A stretch of 63,362 nt of DNA, filler included, from Asterionella formosa (GCA_002256025.1; 25 parts of 25 records of this genome joined end to end with filler, not necessarily neighbours in it), one strand, 5' to 3'; positions 35,989 to 48,520 are shown, numbered from the whole stretch's first letter. Notes: a model not told the origin generated them from the letters alone. Made by a program: numbers and translations.

Positions 35989-36855
35989 CCAGTAAAGAAC
36001 TGCTGTGACCCACTGAGTTCTCCTATTCGTTTGATTAGTTCGACTAAACCTATTCCATGTCTTGCGAGAATCAAACTTGCATGTCTTGTTAACCAAAGGA
36101 GTCATCAAGTTGTGGATCTGTCGATATTCTCATTAAAGGTCGAGGTGCTGAGATACGAACCCTTTTATGTGGACAAAATTTGCCGGTAATGGGTCACAGC
36201 CGTACTTAAATTTTTATCTATAGTTGAATATAATTTTATATACCATTACGATCACGGATTACCCCGTTTGGTTTTCGAAAAATTATTTTTAAGAAGAATT
36301 TTCGTATCCAGATTTATCCGAGTACCTGCTGTACCAGGATACCGGTACATCACAATCACACACAAATGCATTCAGCCGTCAACACATACCGGTATGTACC
36401 GGTTTCGGTGCACACTTTCTTCGCATTGTTGTACGGGGGCTGATGGTATGTGGGTTGACCTTGGCGCGCCCGTTTATGCATGCTGAAATTACTCAATCAA
36501 TGTCAGGGGATAGGGATATGTTTATGACAAGAATCATAGGCAAAATAAATCGCATGCGATATTTTTGTATTTAGTTGCGTATATCACAAAACAATGAATC
36601 CTTAAAACATGGGGTAATCCGTGTTCTGGCAATAATTTCGTCGATTGCACTTTTCAACCAATATTTTAGGAGAAACAAATTGCTATAAACTTAAATCTAA
36701 TGGCATATCCTTAAAGCGTAGATGGTCAGGATTTGGGTCGAAGTTTTAAAATTAACATATTGGCATTTGGTGGGGTCAAACCGTGTTTTTCTCCTGTTCA
36801 GTGGGTCACAGCGGTTCCAATTTTTTTTTAGTGGGTCACAGCAGTTTTTTACTGG
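35989..36855. mobile_element. ~870-bp MITE with TA flanks (Tc1/mariner-pogo superfamily)
   Basis: TIRs CCAGTAAAGAACTGCTGTGACCCACT and AGTGGGTCACAGCAGTTTTTTACTGG with one mismatch. Internal GGGTCACAGC copies at ~36191 and ~36803. Confidence 0.8.
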
Positions 36856-36959
36856 TACCAGATACCAGTACATATAGTCGTTGCTTTGTTGTGCACCGGC
36901 ACCTTCGACAAAAAAGCTATGTAGCGATGTACCGGTACTCGTTTAGACTGGGTACCAGG

Positions 36960-37089
36960 TGTCAGAGTGTGTCTGTTAGGCTGTTGATGTCGACAGGTGT
37001 CCGAAGACTAGGTAGTCTGAGGAATGTCTAAACGGAAATAGACAGGATTTATATAGCAGAAGAATCTGCAGACGAGCGGCGTGAGAAAG
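36960..37089 (+). mobile_element. LTR 5' portion, same family as 60650-60842
   Basis: Begins TGTCAGA and is nearly identical to 60650-60779. Confidence 0.85.
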
Positions 37090-37261
37090 NNNNNNNNNNN
37101 NNNNNNNNNNNNNNNNNNNNNNNNNNNNNNNNNTTAATTAATTAANNNNNNNNNNNNNNNNNNNNNNNNNNNNNNNNNNNNNNNNNNNNGGCATCACAAC
37201 AGCATCGCGATAGGTGTGAGGGGGTGCTGGAATGATCTTGCGGCCAGTGGCAGGAGAGGAC

Positions 37262-38294
37262 CTAGGGGTACATCTAAGCCGCGAAATACGCCACTTTTCG
37301 AAATTTCGTCTAAGTAAGAGTGTTAATTATGTGGTACTTCACATGCATTAATGCCACTCTTCACGTAAAAAAGATTACTTTTAACGGTTTCATGTGAAGT
37401 TTTAACTGCTTCATGTGAAGTTTTCACAATGAATTTTGAACGCGAGACTGAATTAGTTGATGTTTCAAATAATTCATTTGAAAGTTCAACTAAGATCCTT
37501 CTCTTGAGGCTAATACATTCACAACACGCATTTTACTTAATGAAATAGTAAGGATATTTGTGGTGTCTAATGTCATCCATCTGAGATCAAAGTTTTACGG
37601 TTGTACACATCACATGAAGAACTCACACTTACCGGTAAAAAAATCCCTCTTCCCAGTTTTCATGTTATGTAGGTTATTACCGGTACTAGGTAAATGTACT
37701 ACTAGCCAGTGGTAGGCAACCCAATTTTTTTACGTGATTATTATTACTCAAAATCAACATTGGTGGAATTATGTCTACTGATGAAGATGGTACCAGGTAG
37801 TATTGTTTGCCAAATATGTGCCAAACAAAGTCCATTATTTTAGCTACCTGTTATTCTTATTTTTCCCTCGCCAACACAGCACTACAACGACAATAAATAT
37901 CATGGATCTGTGTGAAATTAACGACAAGGACAAATGTAAATTCTGTGGTAAAGGTCCTTGTAAATCAATTCGTGGTCATCACAGACACAGCCCCTCGTGT
38001 GGGTAACAATATATGGTTCAATCTCAGATTCAAGCATCGCAGACATCATCAATGGTAGCGACTTCTCGAAGAGATGGACGACACCACTCTCAAGACCCCC
38101 CTTGAAAAATTCCTGAAACAATCGCCAGCAGCCATTGATTTCGTTCAAACAGTTTGTTTTGATGCCGATGACTATGATAATGGTTTATTCCTTGATAGTT
38201 TAGTAGATCATGATGCTGCTGCTATTAATGGTCCAATCATTCAGAACGGAGAAATAAACGACATTATAAACCCTACCAACTTCCGATTTTGCGC
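37262..38294 (+). mobile_element. Zinc-finger repeat family, copy 3 (disrupted ORF; may include the element terminus)
   Basis: Same sequence in reverse orientation, with a premature TAA at 38004 and a frameshift. Lacks the upstream duplication. Confidence 0.55.
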
Positions 38295-38394
38295 NNNNNN
38301 NNNNNNNNNNNNNNNNNNNNNNNNNNNNNNNNNNNNNNTTAATTAATTAANNNNNNNNNNNNNNNNNNNNNNNNNNNNNNNNNNNNNNNNNNNN

Positions 38395-39502
38395 GATATA
38401 CTTTGTGCGCAAAATCGGAAGTTGGTAGGGTTTATAATGTCGTTTATTTCTCCGTTCTGAATGATTGGACCATTAATAGCAGCAGCATCATGATCTACTA
38501 AACTATCAAGGAATAAACCATTATCATAGTCATCGGCATCAAAACAAACTGTTTGAACGAAATCAATGGCTGCTGGCGATTGTTTCAGGAATTTTGCAAG
38601 GGGGTCTTGAGAGTGGTGTCGTCCATCTCTTCGAGAAGTCGCTACCATTAATGATGTCTGCGATGCTTGAATCTGAGATTGAATCATATATTGTTGCCCA
38701 CACAAGGGGCTGTGTCTGTGATGACCACGAATTGATTTAAAAGGACCTTTACCACAGAATTTACATTTGTCCTCGTCGTTATTGTCACACAGATCCATGA
38801 TATTTACTGTCATTGCAGTGCTGGTGTGTTGGCAAGAGAAAAATAAGAATAACAGGTAGCTAAAATAATGGACCTTGTTTGGCACATATTTGGCAAACAA
38901 TACTACCTGGTACCATCCTCATCAGTAGACATAATTCAACCAGTGTTGATTTTGAGTAATAATAATCACGTAAAAAATTGGGTTGCCTACCACTGGCTAG
39001 TAGTACATTTACCTAGTACCGGTAATAACCTACATAACATGAAAACTGGGAAGAGGGAGCTTTTTTACCGGTAAGTGTGAGTTCTTCATGTGATGTGTAC
39101 AACCGTAAAACTTTGATCTCAGATGGATGACATTAGACACCACAAATATCCTTACTATTTCATTAAGTAAAATGCGTGTTGTGAATGTATTAGCCTCAAG
39201 AGCAGGATCTTAGTTGAACTTTCAAATGAATTATTTGAAACATCAACTAATTCAGTCTCGCGTTCAAAATTCATTGTGAAAACTTCACATGAAACAGTTA
39301 AAACTTCACATGATACCGTTAAAACTTCACATGAAACCGTTAAAAGTAATCTTTTTTACGTGAAGAGTGGCATTAATGCATGTGAAGTACCACATAATTA
39401 ACACTCGTACGTAGACGAAATTTCGAAAAGTCAAATGAATTATTTGAAACATCAACTAATTCAGTCTCGCGTTCAAAATTCATTGTGAAAACTTCACATG
39501 AA
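38395..39502 (-). mobile_element. Zinc-finger repeat family, copy 4
   Basis: Near-identical to copy 2, with the same contig breakpoints. Confidence 0.6.
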
Positions 39503-39624
39503 NNNNNNNNNNNNNNNNNNNNNNNNNNNNNNNNNNNNNNNNNNNNTTAATTAATTAANNNNNNNNNNNNNNNNNNNNNNNNNNNNNNNNNNNNNNNNNN
39601 NNTACTTGTTGAGCATAGTTGAGC

Positions 39625-40330
39625 ATTGCATGTCTCCGTAGTGATTCTAAATTGAGATGTGCCACTATGGCCTTCTCATTTTCGGAGCTGCTACAAATAG
39701 TCTACAGCGATAACTCTAGCAAGTACAATATAGAAAAAGAAGCAGAGGATGAGTAGCTGACAACAATTGAATTCGTAAAATCGTTAAGAATGAGCTGTTG
39801 CATATTTTAACCTTGCATGTCGCCGTAGTGAGTCAAAATTGAGATGTGCCACGATGGCCTTCTCATTTTCGGATCGGCTACAAATAGTCTACAGCGATAA
39901 CTCTAGCAAGTACAATATAGAAAAAGAACCAGAGGATGAGTAGCTGACAATAATTGAATTCGTAAGTTCGTTAAGAAACAGCTGTTGCATATTTTAAATA
40001 TTCAATGCATGTTGCCATCATAGTGAGTCAAAATTGAGATGTGCTGCAATGGCCTTCTCCTTTTCGGATCGGCTACAAATAGTCTACAGCGATAACTCTA
40101 GCAAGTACAATATAGAAAAAGAAGAGAAGGATGAGAAGCTGACAACAATTGAATTCGTAAAATCGTTAAGAAACAGCTGTTGCATATTTTAACCTTGCAT
40201 GTCGCCGTAGTGAGTCAAAATTGAGATGTGCCTCTATGGCCTTCTCATTTTCGGAGCGGCTACAAATAGTCTACAGCGATAACTCTAGCAAGTACAATAT
40301 AGAAAAAGAAGAGAAGGATGAGCAGCTGTA
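39625..40330. repeat. Tandem repeat, ~187-195-bp unit, 4 copies
   Basis: CTACAAATAGTCTACAGCGATAACTCTAGCAAGTACAATATAGAAAAAGAA at ~39691, 39878, 40073 and 40260. Confidence 0.92.
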
Positions 40331-40377
40331 AATTGGTGGAGAAAGCAGGTATGGAAGTTTTGTTGCCAAAGTACTAA

Positions 40378-40707
40378 TGATCAGTCCACAAGCAACGAAT
40401 ATTTATTTCATATCCTGATGACCAATTGAATCAAAATATGTTCATTCTGAGAATATCGCCATTCGCCATGACGGTATTGCTCTCGTGGACATCGAATACT
40501 ATGCTGGATAGAAATCGGCCTTAAGTTGGTTGAGAAAAGAGGTTTGGAATTCTTGTTGCCACAGCACTGATGATCAGTCCACAAGCATCCGAAAATTTTA
40601 CTCATCCTGATGCCTCCATTGATCAATATATAGTCGTTCTGAGAATATCGACATTGTTCATGACGACTTTGATCTCGTGTACATCGAAAACTTTGCTTGA
40701 TAGAAAT
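40378..40707. repeat. Diverged ~193-bp tandem duplication
   Basis: TGATCAGTCCACAAGCA…TTCTGAGAATATCG…GATAGAAAT present twice. Confidence 0.7.
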
Positions 40708-40807
40708 NNNNNNNNNNNNNNNNNNNNNNNNNNNNNNNNNNNNNNNNNNNNTTAATTAATTAANNNNNNNNNNNNNNNNNNNNNNNNNNNNNNNNNNNNN
40801 NNNNNNN

Positions 40808-42105
40808 GAGTGCCAGAGGCGATTCTTAAGGTAGACAGCATGAACAAGTGCAGCACTCCAGTATGTTGGGGGAAGGCCAGCAGAATAGAGAAGAGAGCGG
40901 ACCATGACACCAAATGTGCCATTGAGGCGTTCAACTTTCCCATTTTGATGTGGACTGTCACTGCCAGTGGGTTCCATAATATAACCAGCTGTGGAAGTAA
41001 CGGTGCGCAAGGCATCAGATCGCCATAGTTCACCGCCTTGATCGACACGGAGAGCACGGTAGCCATCACGAAGACCAAAAGTAGTTAGGAATTTGTGAAC
41101 AATATCAACTGGAGGAGATTTGGTAGCAGTTAAGAATACCCATGTAAAACGGGTTTTAGCATGAGTGATTAAGAGATAGGAATTATAGCCATCATATGAA
41201 TGCACAATACGGGGAGCACTGACTTGTTTCTGGAAAGATTGAGAACTGGCACGCATGAAACCAAAATCCAAATGAAAACGGGAGCCAGGAAGGAGATCAG
41301 CAACAGAAGTGGTGTGGCCCATGGTGTTACGGCGGGCATGTGCTTGACTGCAGATGGGACAATGATGGAGAGGGTGTATAAGGTGATGGAGATCCAAAGG
41401 AAGGCCTGTGCTGCAATGTGGAAGATGGCGAAGTTGATGCATGCCAGGATGACCAAGTCGTTGATGCCACAACTCTGAGCTGAGAATAGGAGATAAGCGG
41501 TGTGTGGTGGGCTGAAAGGAAATCTGATTGAAATAAAAGAGATTATTTGATCTAGTCAAGGGTGCAATAACTGAGAAGCATCCAGAAGGGCCATAGAAGC
41601 GAATGTATGCCTGATCAAGGTCCTGGCAGCAAATATCAAAGCCAGAGTAATTGTTGGACTTTTGATTGCAGATGTGTTGTGGGTACAGAAGAGTCTCAGA
41701 CAACTGAGGGCAGTAGTACATGATGACAGGGGTGGTAGAACCATCAGAGAATTGGAGTGGATAATAACCATAACATGGACAGAGCATACCCTTAACGGAT
41801 GCATCAGCACCTAGAAGGTCAAAGGGAACAGAAAGGGGAGTATAGTTCTGGAGTAGTGATAAAGTGGATGTAGAACAGACATTTGCACCTAGGTCACATT
41901 GGTGAAGACCTGTGGAGTCAGAACAGAGCCGAGCAACATGAGCAATAGGGAGAAGAGTGTTGGAATTGTTGTCATGGGGAAGAAATGGTGGAACAAGGGA
42001 AAAACAATCAAAATAATCAGTAGGAAGATGAGGTATGGTGAATGCATGGGTATAAAGGCGATTTAAAGAGGGACAAGAAGGTTTCAGAGGAAGAGGAAGC
42101 GGCAA
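40808..42105 (-). mobile_element. Ty1/copia pol fragment (protease, pre-integrase, integrase core)
   Basis: CDLGANVCST (degenerate DSG), WHQRLGHPG…CPIC, FHLDFG, LRVDQGGE, SPHQNGKVERLN and YWSAALVHAVYLKNR. Confidence 0.93.
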
Positions 42106-42199
42106 CGACAGAGTCCTATTAGGAGGAGAGCTCTCTCTGACAGTCGTTCCGCAAACCCGTAGCCGTTCATCATTCCTGGAAGGGGAGAATGACCAGCCT

Positions 42200-42530
42200 A
42201 GAGAAAATTTGCTTCATAAATATCATCTACATGGAGGTCAGGTAAGGATTCTTCAGGATGGAGGTGTTGAAGATGACGGGCAATGGCCTGACAATGGTTC
42301 ATGCTATGAAGATTCCTCCAAGCAGTGGTTGAATTGTCACAGAAGGTACATGCCATCAGAGAGACTGGAAAGGAAGCTGGAAGCTACAACGTAGCTGAAC
42401 TGAAAACAATGGTGACATGGTACAAGCGCACCTGCGATGCGCCGCTTCCAATAACCAGACAGAACTTGTTGGCAAGATACTTGGAGACTTGTTGCTGTGG
42501 AGAAAAGGATTCTCCATATCCAATTCGGCC
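42200..42530 (+). pseudogene. Probable C-terminal remnant of a DNA transposon ORF
   Basis: YNVAELKTMVTWYKRTCDAPLPITRQNLLARY resembles a SAP-like tail of diatom pogo-type proteins (from recall, not searched). Confidence 0.35.
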
Positions 42531-44249
42531 TCTTGATGTTGTGCTTGTGGAAGGGCATACTCATGTTACTGGGCTACTGGGTACATTGACTGTCGATTAC
42601 ATAATGAACATAATACATACTATACTGGTACAGTAATTATACTGGTTGGTAAGAAAAAAATGAAATCTCATCACCATCATGCTTCCATCATTCCCATGTC
42701 ACAATGCATCCTTTTTGCAGCAGCAATACAAGCAATCATGCCTAAGATAATAAATAACTTTTTTGACATCTTTTGCTTTAAAAGAATGGAATATTCTAAA
42801 CTAAATAATGATGTACAAGTGCTTATGAGTGCTACCCCGGGCACCCTGAGCAGCATGAGTCCACCCAGCATGCATACAGTGGTATTGTATGATTGTTACT
42901 ATATTGGGTACCACTAGTTGTTACATATGATGACACTAGCATTCTTTGAATATTCAAAACCAAATAAATATAGCACCATTCATTATTTGTTGTTTTCGTC
43001 ACTTTGGCCGGAAAAAGAAAACGATTTTGAGTTTCTTGGAGAGAACAAAGCAAAGTTAGCAAGACTTGCTTACTTTTTCTTTGGGACGCCCCTCTATTGC
43101 CCCAGTCATTTTCTTTTTCTTTTTAGCCATTTGCCTCCTTTTGATGTTTCCGCGTTTAGACAAAATAATATTTACATCACTAGCTAGTTGTGATACTGTT
43201 GATTGAAAGAGAAAGTTGATGACATTCCCTATTTAGTCTTTTTAAGCGCATGTCCTGCATCACGTTATCCATTTCAGAAAAATTACCGCAACTTTCTGGT
43301 ACATGGAAGGTCTGGTAATGCACGTTTTATGCGCACTTTTTCAGTTTCAGCTCACTCCCAATAATTTCTCCCATGCCTAACACCAGAAGGATAAGGCTGG
43401 CTTTCCATTCCAAACTCTCTTAAGTAACTTTCTATCCCGTTAAATTATCATTCATTCAATCCAACAAGTCGTGTTCTGATTGTCGAAATCGTGTTCACCT
43501 ACTTCTAGTACTGGTAATAGTATTCAGGAACTGGATGATGGTTTGGTTATAGACTGCACAAATCACTCAGTAACTTCTAGAGCAAATTCTATTCTTACTA
43601 GTCAGTAAGAAATCATATGCGTGGTCTGCAATTTCATTTATAGTCGTGGTTAGCAAACTTTGAAGTAGTCACTAACTGGATCAGTACTTGTAAAAAAGTC
43701 ATTTTGAAAATATGAATAGACTGTTATTTGATATTGTTAAATAGCGAATCAACCAAAATTTGATTCGACCTATAGATTACCGTAGTGTAGCATGATGTTG
43801 CATACTGTGAATGGGTCAAATCATGTTGTAACTTCGCCGCTTTGAATTATGCATCATTGAAACTATTTGAAGCAATTCGCTGCCACTGGTGATTTCAATT
43901 TTCGTTTTCATTTTTTGTTGTCATTTTTAGTGATATTATAATGATTCTTCTATAATTGTATTGTAAAAATCATGAATAATAAACTGGCATGTACCAAATA
44001 GCATGATAGCATCGTTCTCATTTTCCATGGAGATATTCAGTGTCATGCTGGTCAAGGCGGAATGACACGATGCAGCCAGGATTCTCCAGCTGCTCACAAC
44101 GACTACATTTTAGCGTTTAATATATAGAAATAAATCGTAACATCTTTGCTAAGTATTTATAAACTTGCATCTACAACGGCTACCTTCTTGGGTACCCTGA
44201 GCACATATTGTATGAATAGCTTTAGTATCTGTGATATGTATGATATTTC

Positions 44250-44476
44250 GGGGAATGGCTTAGTGGTTAGCACACCTGATGCGGTGGTGGCAAGTTCCAT
44301 TCCTGCATTCTCCACCTGTCTTTTTCATGTAGTCCCTAGAGTTCTGTGGGGTGTGGCTGACAAAAAGACAGGTCCCGTTGTACTTTACGGACGAATAAAT
44401 CTGGTACTAATTGTGTCCATTTATTCATTTATCTGGGCACGAGTGCGATTATTGCATAGCTTTAACGTACTATAAG
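44250..44476 (+). mobile_element. tRNA-Ala-derived SINE-like element, copy 1
   Basis: Head GGGGAAT…ATTCTCCA forms a 7-bp acceptor stem with G3:U70. A-box TGGCTTAGTGG and degenerate B-box AGTTCCATTCC. The ~160-bp body is shared with 51915-52161. Confidence 0.7.
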
Positions 44477-45459
44477 ATAATTTTTTGAAATGTATGATGC
44501 TTGCAAATATGCCAGTACCTGCCTGGTATGCTGTTGCTGCCGCATCACGTGTGATAAGAATAACTGTGATTATGTACATGGATATAACATTACATATGTT
44601 CATAGCAGTATTAGCATGGCTATTAGAGGGCATCTAGTACATAGTTGTGTATGTTCATGTTACCGGTGATTCATTTTTATAAGGGTCATTCTTCAGAAAA
44701 CCTATTTTTATTTGCTAGCAAGTTCTTTTCATAGTCAGCAAATTCTACCAGTAGCTGTTTTCAGCAAGTTCTAGTTGTTTTGTCATATAGAATGATTCCC
44801 ATTTGTATTCCGTAGCAAGAAGACTGTTTCTTGAACCAGTTGATCATGCAGAAAATCCAAGTCGTATTCAGAGTTTGATTCTGCAAATCGTCACAGGTCA
44901 ATAAGAGTAGTAACGTTTTCCTAAATGACTGAAGGAATATTATTTTTATCGAAAGCTGGTCGATCTTGGGAGTGAATTGTTACTGAAAAGGTGCTCATGA
45001 AACATGCACTACTGGACCTTCCTGGAGAATGGGGGTTGTTAAATTACCGGGTAAACTGCTGGTACTTGGCGAGGAATGTTCTGCTTTGCTCTATTATGTG
45101 CCGGTCGGTTGTCAGCCAGCCAGCACCCATCGACTGTGATGTAGGATGACAAATTTTTTTCAAGGGATCAGGCCCACAAAAAAAATTAATTTATAATTCA
45201 CTATTTATCTGTTCAGAATTTTTGTATGAAATTGTCATCATGACAGTTGTTTCCACCACCAAGTCAGCATACTCGCTCAGAGAAAATTTTGAATATGTAC
45301 AAAATATATACTGACTCAAAGAGGAATAATTGGGTTTGTGCTTGCTGCATTCTAAGTAGTCAACACAGAATTCTATGTTAAGGTAACTTTGGAAATAAGT
45401 TACCAAAGCAACAAAAAGCACAAAACGCTTATTTACTTTCGACTTTGTACCAAATGCGT

Positions 45460-45630
45460 ATTTACTTTTTACTAAAGCACCAAATGCTTACCCGCATTCA
45501 CTTTTAACTGAAGCAGCAAGGGTAAAGAGCGCAAGCCAAACCTCCATGGAAGCGTTCCAGCCCTTGCATGATTATTGCAAAAACTGTAAAATTAGCTAAT
45601 AAAATTCACGGTTTTAAGCACGTTTTCCCG
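45460..45630 (+). repeat. Dispersed repeat, related to 61245-61460 in the opposite orientation
   Basis: Shared AAGCACCAAATGCTT…TTCACTTTTAACT-AAGCA-CAAGG…CAAGCCAA-CCTC…GGAAGCGT. Confidence 0.7.
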
Positions 45631-45913
45631 ATGTCCCTGGTACCAGTGTACCGTTACCCTGGTACCCTGTGACTACGTATGTACCGGTCTACATAAAATG
45701 GATCCGGTCATGCAAGGACCCCAAGTACCTGGTACTGGTACCGGTCGGTACCAGGGGTACTACCTCTCTTGTATGTACATGGTGATGTCACGAATCCCAT
45801 CACAGCCAAAGACATCAGCAGCCCAAGCATCACAAGGAAGGCTAGAACCAAGGCCTCATCAGTCGCTCATCACATCATCTCATCATCTCATCATCAATCA
45901 TCTTCCTGCCAAG

Positions 45914-47566
45914 ATGATGTCAAAAAAATTATGCGTTTTTGTAGAATGGGCCATCTTTAGTGCGCTTTGGATTCCCGTTGTCATTGCAGCATCATCGTCA
46001 AAGAGCGCTGGCCTTTTAGCGCACCTTCCAGATTCCATTTGTCAAGATGGAAACAAGAACGAAGACGAGGACGAATCTAGCTACTTGCCCAATATTTTCG
46101 GTCTATGCGTCGGTCCCAGCTCGAGAAGCAGGAAAAACGTCAGGAACGTTAAAAATTCTGCAACTCTGGTGACATCTACATCAACTAAAACCGACTCAGT
46201 GACGTCGCCTGGCATGCGAATCGGGGACCCACAGCTTCCTCATTTCTCGTGGGACGATCCTGGCGAAGATATCGAAACGACCGGAGTCAATGAAACCACA
46301 TTTTTTCCTGGGGAGCAACATGAATCCTTGCAGACACCCCGTCAACAGCAAGCCACGTTCGACGACGACGATGACATTGGTGCTTCCTTAGACTTTCATC
46401 CGAAAGAAGAAGCGCTGGCTCAAAGTGAGACTTTTGGACATTCATCAGTCGTATATCGTTATTTTGGTAGATCTAGGGCCCGGGCTCGATCCTGTGACTC
46501 CATCCCTTTTATTTTATTCGGACCGTCAGTCGACCATTGGAAGACTGCTGGTCAGACCTTGGCGTCGAGAGGGTTTTCGGTCATGGCGTGTGAACGAGGA
46601 CAACACGACGACGGTGAAGAGAGTGCATTAATTGTAGCAATCTTGGACGCCTTGCGGTGGCCTCGGGCGATTTTGGTTGGCTGCGACAAGGAATCATCTC
46701 TTGCCATCAAAGCCGCGATGGAGTTGGCACCAGAGCGAGTGGCCGGACTTGTTCTTTGTGGCGACTTATCTTCAGCAGAAGCCATGTTAAGTCGGCCGAT
46801 AAACGAAGGCGTTTCTTTTGCTCTCGACCAGTTTCTATTGGAGAATCTTGAATGCCCTTTCACTATCATTTGGGATGGTGACCTTCCTCGCCGACGTGCT
46901 GCTCGCTCAAATATCCATGAGGTAGGAACTGCACAACGATGCCTAATTCTTGGCGGGGGATCAGCTCCTCATCGACGTCAACCCGAGCACTTTGCTTGGA
47001 CTTTGACCCGTTTTGTGGAAGAAAAAGTGGACCCTCCGGTACTTGTCGCCCATCGTAGTAGACCATCAGAAGTTGGAACTGAAACTGAAACTGAATCGAA
47101 AAATTTCGCATTGCCATTTGGATGGGATGGCTTTATTGCGCCAGGAAGTCTCCTAGTGGCCGGGCGAATCATTGCGAATGCGCTTCTATTGGCATCGTTT
47201 GGAAAGATATTTGTTTATCAATTCGAAAACTTTCAACACGGTATTGTGCTTTTTCAGTCTCGCGCTAAATTGGTGCACAGCTGGCCGCGACGAATCCTTT
47301 TCTCCGTTATTGCCTTTGTATTTCGGCGCAACGAGCCTATCACTACGGAATCAGAGGACGCTGCCGTGCTCCCGACCATGAAAGAAGAGAGTGAGCCCGT
47401 GGATCCAGAGCTATCAAATGAAGAAAATAGTGAGGGTCAGTCGGACAGCGACGCTCAAAGAAAAGCCGAGAACTACCACGAACTCGAGGAGGAACTTTCA
47501 GGCCAGCCTATGAATACCATCAGCCCATACCAAGGTTTGATGTTTCTCGACCAAGTGATATCCTAG
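45914..47566 (+). CDS. Alpha/beta-hydrolase-fold protein with signal peptide, probably non-catalytic
   Basis: LASRGFSVMA, LDALRWPRAILVGCD, APERVAGLVL, CPFTIIWDG and GSAPHRRQPEHF follow the hydrolase fold, but the GxSxG Ser is absent (VGCDKE). ATG at 45914 precedes a hydrophobic leader. Confidence 0.7.
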   Translation: MMSKKLCVFVEWAIFSALWIPVVIAASSSKSAGLLAHLPDSICQDGNKNEDEDESSYLPNIFGLCVGPSSRSRKNVRNVKNSATLVTSTSTKTDSVTSPGMRIGDPQLPHFSWDDPGEDIETTGVNETTFFPGEQHESLQTPRQQQATFDDDDDIGASLDFHPKEEALAQSETFGHSSVVYRYFGRSRARARSCDSIPFILFGPSVDHWKTAGQTLASRGFSVMACERGQHDDGEESALIVAILDALRWPRAILVGCDKESSLAIKAAMELAPERVAGLVLCGDLSSAEAMLSRPINEGVSFALDQFLLENLECPFTIIWDGDLPRRRAARSNIHEVGTAQRCLILGGGSAPHRRQPEHFAWTLTRFVEEKVDPPVLVAHRSRPSEVGTETETESKNFALPFGWDGFIAPGSLLVAGRIIANALLLASFGKIFVYQFENFQHGIVLFQSRAKLVHSWPRRILFSVIAFVFRRNEPITTESEDAAVLPTMKEESEPVDPELSNEENSEGQSDSDAQRKAENYHELEEELSGQPMNTISPYQGLMFLDQVIS

Positions 47567-47935
47567 TCAGTGTACTGTTACAATAACCATAGATTCATCA
47601 ATGAATTATTTCTCTTATCCAAATACTGTACTATTTTTCTTTCCGGTTAGGGGAAGTCTAATTCAGTAGCAGTACTGATACTACCGGTGCCAGCTACTCC
47701 GGAGTACCAGGTCATGTAGTTGTCTATAACACAGGGACCGGTATAAGTCGGTCGTATTGCACTATCGAGATGTGCCGGTTAGTCTCGATACACCATTTAC
47801 GCACCTACAATAACTTATTGCAGGGGGTGCGTATTCTGTCTACTATTTTTACGGTTAACATCCATTTAAAATTCATAATACTAGAGGTTCAAAGCGGTAT
47901 ATGAAAATATCTTAATACTGCTGAATTAATTACTG

Positions 47936-48520
47936 TTGGAGGCTTCTTTTTCCTTTGAGCTTGCTCTCACAGTTTCCAAGCGATTCAGAAGGGCATCATA
48001 TCATTGCTGGGCAGCTGTCTCCTTGGCATTTTGGACATTTGTTGTAATCTGTTTTGATTCAATTGCATTGTCAAGCGGGTGCTGCTTGTGTAAAAATCAA
48101 CCCTGCGGAAATTTTCTTGTGATTGTCGATGGCTGCTTGTGCTGTTGTCTTTCGCTTTGGTATCTGCTCTGTTGCATTAACTTGCTCCATTCCATGCATT
48201 CTTGCGATTTCAGTCGTCAACAATTGAATCAGTCAGCTTCCCAGAAAGTCCGGTACAAAGGTTCAAATCATGAGGAAGTATTTTTCTTGTCAATTATATG
48301 TTTGTCGCCACAAGATGTCAGCTATATTTCTGACTCCAGCAAGCAATTGCAGTTGAGTGGTCCCCAGCCTCATTCAGATGTTGCAGTTCGATTTGATACA
48401 ATTTTGGCAAAGGAAAGTTGCCAAGCCGAATTTACAATGCTATGTAATGATATCATACTTTTCAATTACAGCCATATGGGAGGTCTACCAGTCTGCGACC
48501 GAAAGAATTCGATTTTTCCA
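47936..48520 (-). pseudogene. Degenerate transposase C-terminal region (pogo-like)
   Basis: The minus strand reads IVNSAWQLSFAKIVSNRTATSE*GWGPLNCNCLL, resembling the AW…GW.PLN post-DDE segment. Multiple stops. Confidence 0.45.

Noticed and set aside
44250..44314. Functional tRNA-Ala gene
   Set aside because: Anticodon arm eroded, B-box mutated, and followed by a body shared with another copy.
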